A stretch of 64,000 nt of DNA from Octopus sinensis (lineage: Eukaryota). Shown here in pieces: positions 56,524 through 64,000 of the stretch; position 1 is the stretch's first letter; every line of letters begins with the position of its first letter. The notes beneath the pieces are model-generated. The model saw only the letters and a list, made by a program, of their open reading frames with translations. It did not search any database and was not told where the DNA came from. The stretch lies in NCBI RefSeq assembly GCF_006345805.1, contig NC_042997.1, positions 85,002,001 to 85,066,000 on the forward strand. Direction: 5' to 3'. A program made the translations under genes and the position numbers.

Positions 56524-56915
56524 GGGTGACGACGACGACGACGACGGCGACAACGACAACGACGGCGACGGCATCGATAACAATGTTGAAGACGGCAACG
56601 TTGAAAAGATGCTGATTACACGAAGGAGGAGCAGGCGGGGAGACAGAAGATCATGAAAACAGAAACGAGAAGTCAAGAAGAAAGGAACTAGTGGAGGATG
56701 GACATCAGTGTTCAAAAGGATGTTAGACGACAGCAATGGATAACGAAAAGTATTGACTTGCAAGTTTTTAATGATACACTTTGAACACATACAAGCATAA
56801 ATGAACACTCACAGGCAGTCTTTAACACATGTAAATATGCTCTCTCATATATATATATATATATAATAATATATATATATATATATATATGCATGTGTGT
56901 GTGTATATATATATA

Positions 56916-58110
56916 GAAACGAACCCACAACCTGCGAGACCTCTTGACCCAGCTTCTTCCCTAACCCCACCTCCCAATCTAGTTCGTTCCCCTGCTCCTG
57001 TCCACGCTGCCGCACTTGCCCTTACCCCCTCCTCACCAGCACCCATCACCGATCCTATCATATCACCGACTCCTTCACCTGCTCTTCTACCAATGTCATC
57101 TACTGCATCTCCTGCTCTCTCTGCCCTTCTGTATACATCGGGCAAACAGGACGCCGCTTGGCTGACCGTTTCGCAGAACATCTCCGAGACATCTGACTCG
57201 GCAATAACACCCCGGTCTCACGCCATTTCCGCTCTACCGGTCACTCTTTGCAACGCCTGTCTTTGTTCCGATTGTCCTTGCACAGGGGCCATCCGGTCTC
57301 ACGTCTTCGCCGTGAACAGAGGTTAATCTTCTCTTCACTCTTTTGCTCCATAGGCTCAACTCTCCGCCCTTTTCCTTTAAACCACCACCCCTTTTCATTT
57401 AAACCTCCTTCCCTCTCCTCTCTTCTCCTCACACCTGCTTCCTCCCTTCTACCTCTCCTCTCTTGCTCTGACTCCTACTTCTTCTCTTCACTCCTACTCT
57501 CCTTCTCTCTTCTCTTCACTCCTACCCACCTTCTCCCTTCATCGTCACCCCTCCCTCGTAACCCCACCCCTACACAATCTAATCCTACCTTCCCTATCCA
57601 ACCGATCACGCACCCACCCCATCCCTTACACCCACTCCCACAGAACCCCAACCTCAGCCTAACTCACACCCACCCTCGCCTCCTCCTCCCAACATCACCA
57701 CACTATACTGTTCACTTCCCAGCCCCACACTATCATCCACACACCTACACATGCACACACGCACACGTCAAGGTCACCAGCCCTCTTCCTCACGCACATA
57801 TATGCTCTCTTATACATATGTACGAGCACCTTCTTTTTGGTATCACCTCTACTTTATTATCTCCCCTTCTCCCCATCTTCCTGTGTGACTCCTCTGTCCG
57901 GCATTTGCCATGATTGATCACTAGCCACTAGACATTCTTTATTTTGTCTCCTTGTTTCTTTCTGTGTTCCTTTCTGTGGAAGAGCGTAGGCTCGAAACGT
58001 TAAAGACTTTTTACACTTCCCGAGTTTTAAACTAATACATCTGGTTGTTTTCTACACCACCTGTCTTCATCTTTTGTTTTTTTCTGTGTGTGAATTCTTC
58101 CCCCCTCCTA
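56916..58110 (+). mobile_element. Penelope-like element 3' part (GIY-YIG plus tail)
   Basis: FTCSSTNVIYCISCSLCPSVYIGQTGRRLADRFAEHLRDI, RHFRSTGHS, RREQRLIF; TA-rich at both ends. Confidence 0.9.
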
Positions 58111-58582
58111 TTTATATATATATGTATTTATGTGTGTGTGTATGTGTATGTATGTATGTATATATATATATATGCATATATATATATGCATATATATATA
58201 TATATGGTGGCTGCCCCTCGTTATCGAGTATGGCCATTGCACGAAGCTTAATCAATGTTATCGTGTAATGCCTGTGCAAGAAGATTTTTTTAAAGTGAGG
58301 AAAGGCTGTGCACTGAGTCAATCCCACTCACTAAGCAACAGCAGCCATAATCCGAAAAGAAGAAGTTACATCGGTAACCACTGAGCGGCAGATTTTATGT
58401 CGGAGTTATCCCAGGTACCTGACTTACCTTCTCCTAGAAGGATGCCCTAACAAAGGCTAGGAGTCTTTCACTCCCAATGATTTAACCGTGCGATCGGGTA
58501 TTCAGTCCGATTATTTCTACGTCCCCGCGCATGATACAGCCTTAAGACATTTATTGGATGGCCGTTGACTCTCAAGAGTTCA

Positions 58583-58641
<59 letters not shown>

Positions 58642-58642
<1 letters not shown>

Positions 58643-58689
58643 TCTTACAGCTGTTTCCAGGATATTTATTATAACCCTTCATCGGAGAC
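58642..58689 (-). ncRNA. Hammerhead-like motif, second copy of the 41354 repeat
   Basis: GUCU CCGAUGA A GGGUUAU aauaa AUAUCCU G GAA ACAGCUGU A AGAC; abuts (TA)n. Confidence 0.55.
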
Positions 58690-58809
58690 GGTGTGAGAAA
58701 ATGGTTAAGCAATAGTTAATTTAGATAAGATACGAAATAGAAAGTGAAGTGGAGGAATGAAAATAAATGTGAGATATGCAGGTTTATTGCATTTGTAGAT
58801 CCATTATTT

Positions 58810-58927
58810 AGGCAGAATGGTATACATATAACATTCCAATTCCTTGTGAGTAAGAATGGTATACATACAAGATTCCAATACCTTTACTCACAAGGTATTG
58901 GAATCTTATATGTATACCATTCTGCCT
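58810..58927. repeat. 44-bp inverted repeat whose 30-bp spacer is a direct copy of the arm
   Basis: Arms 58810-58853 and 58884-58927, 2 mismatches; spacer 58854-58883. Confidence 0.92.
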
Positions 58928-59084
58928 GAGTAACGTATCTAGAAATGTGTAGAGTAAGTTTCAATCCCGGATGTTTTTAATGAAAAGATGTATTCTCGGA
59001 GATGTAGTCCAGTTTGATAAGCAGCCTGCACGAAACACTCAGCCCTTGAACAACTTAACTTCTCGATTACAACGAGCTTCTTTC

Positions 59085-59200
59085 AGTTTTCAAAGTTTTG
59101 GTCGGCCGAGACTATTGTAGTAGACATTTGCTCAAGGTGCCATGCAGTGGGACTGAACCAGGGACCATGTGGTTGTCAAAAAACCCTTCTTAACACACAC
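59085..59200 (-). mobile_element. SINE family B head
   Basis: gcttctttcagttt...ggtcggccgagactattgtagtagacatttgctcaaggtgccatgcagtgggactgaacc. Confidence 0.75.
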
Positions 59201-59428
59201 ACGCACTCACACACACACATACAAACACACACACACTTATGTACTCACATCAGTGTGTGTGTGTGTGCGTGTGTGTGTGCTGTGTATACGGTGTAGGTAA
59301 ACTATACATCAGCTTCCTCTGGTGTTGAAACACATGACGCAAATTCATTCACCTTTTTACTAATAACAAAAAATTAACGTATTTTAAGTAATCTAGGTAG
59401 AGCAACAATAACAATAAATAAATAAGAA

Positions 59429-59524
<96 letters not shown>

Positions 59525-59531
59525 CAGCAGC

Positions 59532-59568
<37 letters not shown>

Positions 59569-60234
59569 ACAATAATAATAACAACAAAAACGATAAAATA
59601 AGAACATTACTAATAATCATCATCAAAGTTGTCATCATCATCATCGACATCATTATAATCATCACCATTATCGTCAACATAATCACCATCATCGCCTTAA
59701 TAATCATCGCCGTTATCATCATAATCATTATTGCTGGTGGACATCCGTTATTCAATGATGTTGGGTTTTTTTTTCGGACGTTCGTTTATTTATTTCTTTT
59801 TCTTTTTCTTTTTTTTTATACCTATTTCATATTTTTATGCTGTGAGCTTGTTGAGTGTTTTCAGCCAAATGTCGAGACTAGTTTTAATGACTTCTCAGCT
59901 AGGCGAATGCCGTGTATTGTTAGGCTAATAAATGGGTCTTTATCAAGACCTGAATGTCTCCCTAGCTGCTCCAATGACTAGCAATAAAATTTACCAGGGT
60001 TGTAAATAAAAATAACTTTTCATTTGTGCTTCTTTGGTAATAAATACTAAAGATACCCAGCACTTTTATTTACAGAAAGAATAGAAGTAAAAGAGAGTGA
60101 GAAAGAGAGAGCATAATAGGAATAGATGAGGAGATTATTAGTATTGACGGGTAAAGGGCTAGTGAGATGTGTTGTGAGATAGAAAGATAGATACATAGAT
60201 ACATAAATAGATAGACAGACAGACATAAATAAAC

Positions 60235-60284
<50 letters not shown>

Positions 60285-60557
60285 GTTGGTAGGTAGTGAG
60301 GTAGCTAGGTAGGCACATACATATTTATACTTATAAGCATACATACGCGGTTTATATATGCATGTATATATGTGTGTGTGTGTGTGTGTGTTTGGGTAGG
60401 TGTGCGCGCGTGTGGGTGAATTATATGCATATAGAGAGAGGGATAGAGAGAATGAGAGAGAGAGGGAGGCAGACAGACAGATAGGTAGATGTATAGATAG
60501 AGAGGAAAAGGATGAATGTTGAGAGATATGCAACTTCGATGAGAGTTCAGGTGGTGA

Positions 60558-60594
<37 letters not shown>

Positions 60595-60900
60595 GGTGGT
60601 GAAGACGACGACGACGGCGGCGGCGGTGGCGGAAGCGATAACGATGATGATGATGATGATGATGATGAACATGATCTTTGTGTTTGTTGAAGCGTACATT
60701 GGATTCAAATAAATTCATTATATATCACTTCTATTAATTTTATCGACCAATTCTGCCATCCATAATGATCGTGTATTTTAAATTAACTTTGCAGAAACAT
60801 TTTTAAGTGGTGTATATTATTTAATTGTCCCAGGAACTTCATCAACCATGACAGGACTTGAACTCGTATAAAAGAGTCGTATAAGAGCTGAAGGCATGTA

Positions 60901-61010
60901 CTGTATTTGCTGGCGTATAAGACGCAAACTTGCATAAGGAGCACCCGTATTTTTCAACGTTATTTTATGGAACGCAAACTTAATATGTCTTATTATACAC
61001 TCACTGAGAA
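60901..61010 (+). mobile_element. Possible solitary Tc2-like TIR end
   Basis: TA-CTGTATTTGCTGGCGTATAAGACGC resembles the TIR class of the 39712 MITE; no partner end found. Confidence 0.35.
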
Positions 61011-61659
61011 TATTTTAAAGTGGGTTTACTTGGGTATGTGAATGATTTGAGGAAAGTAAATGCAATCGTACGTTATGGTGTGTGTGTGTGTATGAGCGCG
61101 TGTGTGAATGTGAGTGTGTGCGTGCGCGTACGCACGTGTGTGAGTACGTGCGTCTGTGTGTGTGTATGCTTGTGTGTGTCTGTGCGTGCGTATGTACATG
61201 TGCGTGTGCGCGTGTGTATGTGTGAGCATGTGTATGTACGTGTGTGTGTGTCTGTGCGTGTGTGTGTATATGTATGTATTTATGTGCGTGAGTGTGTGTG
61301 CGTGCTCGTGTGTGTGCGCGCGTGTAGGTGTGTGTGTATGCGCGCGTGTAAGTGTACGTGTGTGCGTGCGTGTATATACATGTGTGTGTGCGTGCGTGTG
61401 TGTGTGCGCGTGTGTGTATGCTTGTGTGTGTCTGTGCGTGCGTATGTGCATGTGCGTGTGCGTGTGTGTGTGTGCATGTGTATGTACGCGTGTGTGTGTA
61501 TGTATTTGTGTGCGTGTGTGTGTGCGTGCTCCTGTGTGTGTGTGCGTGCTCGTGTGTGTGTGTGTGCGTGCTCGTGTGTGTGTGTGTGCGCGCTCGTGTG
61601 TGTGTGCGCGCGCGTAGGTGTGTGTGTGTATGTGTGTGTGTTGTGTGAAAACATTTGAC

Positions 61660-61945
61660 TTAGTAGTTGTTGCATTCGGTTCACGATCGTAAGGTTGTGA
61701 GTTCGAATCCCGGCACGGCATTGTGTCCTTGAGCATGATACTTCATTGGCAAAAATGAGTAGTAACTGTAATTCAAAGGGGTCAGCCATACCACATTCTG
61801 TTACACACGTTGAATCTCCCTTAGAATTACGCTTAGAGTATGCGTGTCTGTGGAGTGCTCTGCCACTTGTACATTAATTTCAAGAACAGGCCGTTTCGTT
61901 GATTGGAGCGTCCGGAACACTCGTCATTGTAACCGACAGCGGGTC
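61660..61945 (+). mobile_element. SINE family C copy
   Basis: B-box gagttcgaatccc, then gtgtccttgagcatgatacttcat; tail shared with 55700-55755. Confidence 0.75.
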
Positions 61946-61971
61946 AGTTTAATTTGTACACACGCATAATT

Positions 61972-62372
61972 ATATTCTTTTCTACTCTAGGCACAAGGCC
62001 CAAAATTTTTGGACAGGGGGCCAGTCGATTAGACCGACCCCAGTACACAACTGGTACTTAATTTATCGACCCCGAAAGGATGAAAGGTAAAGTTGACCTC
62101 GGCGGAATTTGAACTCAAAACGTAAAGACAGACGAAATACCTATTTCTTTACTACCCACAAGGGGCTAAACACAGAGAGGACAAACAAGGACAGACAAAG
62201 GGATTAAGTCGATTATGTCGACCCCAGTGCGTAATTGGTACATATTTAATCGACCCCGAAAGGATGAAAGGCAAAGTCGACCTCGGCGGAATTTGAACTC
62301 AGAACGTAAGGACAGACGAAATACTGCTAAGCATTTCGCCCGGCGTGCTAACGTTTCTGCCAACTCGCCGCC
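61972..62372 (-). mobile_element. Dimeric SINE family A variant with head
   Basis: Head ggcggcgagttggcagaaacgttagcac, two body units and the same linker as 55391-55693. Confidence 0.88.
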
Positions 62373-62515
62373 TTATTACCAGTAATTATATTACCTGAAT
62401 ACTTATTTTTTCAGTGTTTTTGTCGAAACCCTATGTTACGTGACATAAAGAGACAAATATAAACAACACGAGATTAAACACTGTGGCACACCAGCACATA
62501 TATATAATACGTAAT

Positions 62516-62704
62516 AGGCGGAGATGTGGCTGTGTGGAAAGAAGCTTCCTTCCCAACCACATGGTTCCGGATTCAGTTCCACTGCGTGGCACCTTCGGCA
62601 AGTGTCTTCTACTATAGACTCGGGCCGACCAAAGCCTTGTGAATAGATATGGTAGACAAAAACTGAAAGAAGCCCATCGTGTATGTATGTGCGTATATGT
62701 ATGT

Positions 62705-62766
<62 letters not shown>

Positions 62767-62770
62767 TTAT
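62516..62770 (+). mobile_element. SINE family B 5' half
   Basis: ggcggagatgtggctgtgtgg...accacatggttccggattcagttccactgcgtggcacc, ending in (TG)n. Confidence 0.85.
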
Positions 62771-62929
62771 GTGTATGTCTTTGTGAAGATGATGGTGATC
62801 ACGAGTGTGTGGAAGGAGTGTTAGCACGAAATATTTAACCAGGATATGTATGTGACTGATCTTTGATGTTAATAGTAATAGTGTCAGTGACTGTGTAGAA
62901 GATGGTGGAGACGGAGAAGTAGAAGAGGG

Positions 62930-63210
62930 AAGATGAGGAGGAGGGAGGGAGAGAGAGGTGCAAAGGGAGGAAAAGAAGAAGAAGAAAAGAAGAAGAAAAT
63001 AAGAAGAGAAGAAGAGAAGAAGAAGAATAGAAGAAGAAGAAGAAGAGAAGAAAGAGGAGAAGAAGAAGAAGAAGTAGAAGAAGAATAAGTAGAGAGAAGA
63101 AGAAGAAGAAGAAAGAAAAAAAGAGAAGAAGAAGAAGAAGAGAAGAAGAGAAGAAGAAGAGAGAAGAAGAGAAGAAGAAGAAGAAGAAGAAGAAGAAGAA
63201 GAAGAAAAGA
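62930..63210. repeat. GAA/GA polypurine low-complexity tract
   Basis: Directly visible. Confidence 0.95.
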
Positions 63211-63269
63211 AGCAGCAGCTCAACTCAAACGTGAGGGAACTGTATATTACTTAACATTATGTATGTTAC

Positions 63270-63361
63270 CTGTCGCGGCACATCGTTTATTATCCTGCCT
63301 GTCGGGTGAAACTCGGTGTGTAGTTCCCCCAGATCCTCGGTGATACGACAGGAATATAGAA
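63270..63361 (-). CDS. Candidate internal coding exon (xLYSCRITEDLGELHTEFHPTGRIINDVPRQ), product unknown
   Basis: Acceptor ccatag|, donor CAG|gtaaca, 92 nt, two frames open, GC-richer unique sequence. Confidence 0.3.
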
Positions 63362-63574
63362 CTATGGAATTTCAAATTTGTGGAAAGAACATTACAACTG
63401 TATCAAGAACAATAACGCAAGATGAGCCAATGGCATAATCTATCAGATCACCCATCCTTCAAGAAATAGTGAAAAAACTTCACTATATGACACTATCGTT
63501 TTTATACAGTGAAGTTCACATTAGGTCAATCAATGTGTTGTTAAATGATAATGTCATATTTTGGCACGATTACA

Positions 63575-63730
63575 TCGACCACAGTACTCAACTGGTTCTT
63601 GCTTTAACGACCCTGAAAGGATGAAAGGTAAAGTCGACCTTGGCGGAATTTGAACTCAGAACATAAAAGACGGACGAAATGCCGTTAAACGTTTCATTCG
63701 ACATGCTAACAATTCTGCCTGTTCGCCTAA
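63575..63730 (-). mobile_element. SINE family A copy
   Basis: cgaccctgaaaggatgaaaggtaaagtcgaccttggcggaatttgaactcagaac. Confidence 0.8.
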
Positions 63731-64000
63731 CATTGTATATCTAACATTATCTAACAGCAAATGAGTCGTTAATGTTAGATATATAATGTTAGGTCTGTTT
63801 AATCGCGGCTGAGCTAGGGCTAAAAAAAAGAAGAAAAAAAAAATCTAGCAACAACAACAGCAGCAGCAACAGCGGAAATAATTGATCATGTCAAACGGAG
63901 AAATGTTTGTTTTTTAAAATATTAAGCGGTGAAAATTATGGGGAGTGTGATCATGTTCAGTTATGAAAAGAACGTGTGCCTATACGTATGTGGGAGCATG

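Noticed and set aside
56165-56615. Asp-rich and Thr/Met-rich ORFs resembling biomineralisation or low-complexity proteins
   Set aside because: Compound GAT/GAC trinucleotide repeat without splice or codon support.
58425-58580. Strong minus-strand donor AAG|gtaagt suggesting an exon
   Set aside because: The surrounding sequence looks like a dispersed repeat from recall and no good acceptor or frame was found.
61060-61650. Minus-strand A-to-G hyper-editing in the CpG-rich TG tract
   Set aside because: CG variants are scattered and propagated by duplication, with no sharply bounded depleted block.

Overview
Eukaryotic, AT-rich, microsatellite-saturated DNA. The SINE families and simple-repeat style look like a cephalopod, most likely Octopus (inference from recalled repeat sequences, not a search). 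No intact protein-coding gene is supportable; nearly all listed ORFs are translations of (TA)n, (CA)n, (TATG)n, (GATA)n and trinucleotide repeats. The window is mostly decayed mobile elements: three tRNA-type SINE families, four R4/Dong-like RT-REL LINE relics, RTE and CR1/L2 LINE relics, three Penelope-like (PLE) pieces, a piggyBac transposase pseudogene, one complete non-autonomous Helitron and one complete TA-flanked MITE. A few unique segments with minus-strand splice signals may be exons of a large transcript. Two signals stand out. (1) Two ~200-bp blocks inside the G-poor 3' tail of a Penelope-like element are A-depleted and G-enriched, and revert to ordinary CA/TA-rich sequence when G is read as A; this would fit ADAR hyper-edited RNA fixed in the genome by retrotransposition, though an assembly artefact is not excluded. 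(2) Seven minimal type I hammerhead-ribozyme-like motifs, six with palindromic stem III; three of them share a CCGANGA core variant.
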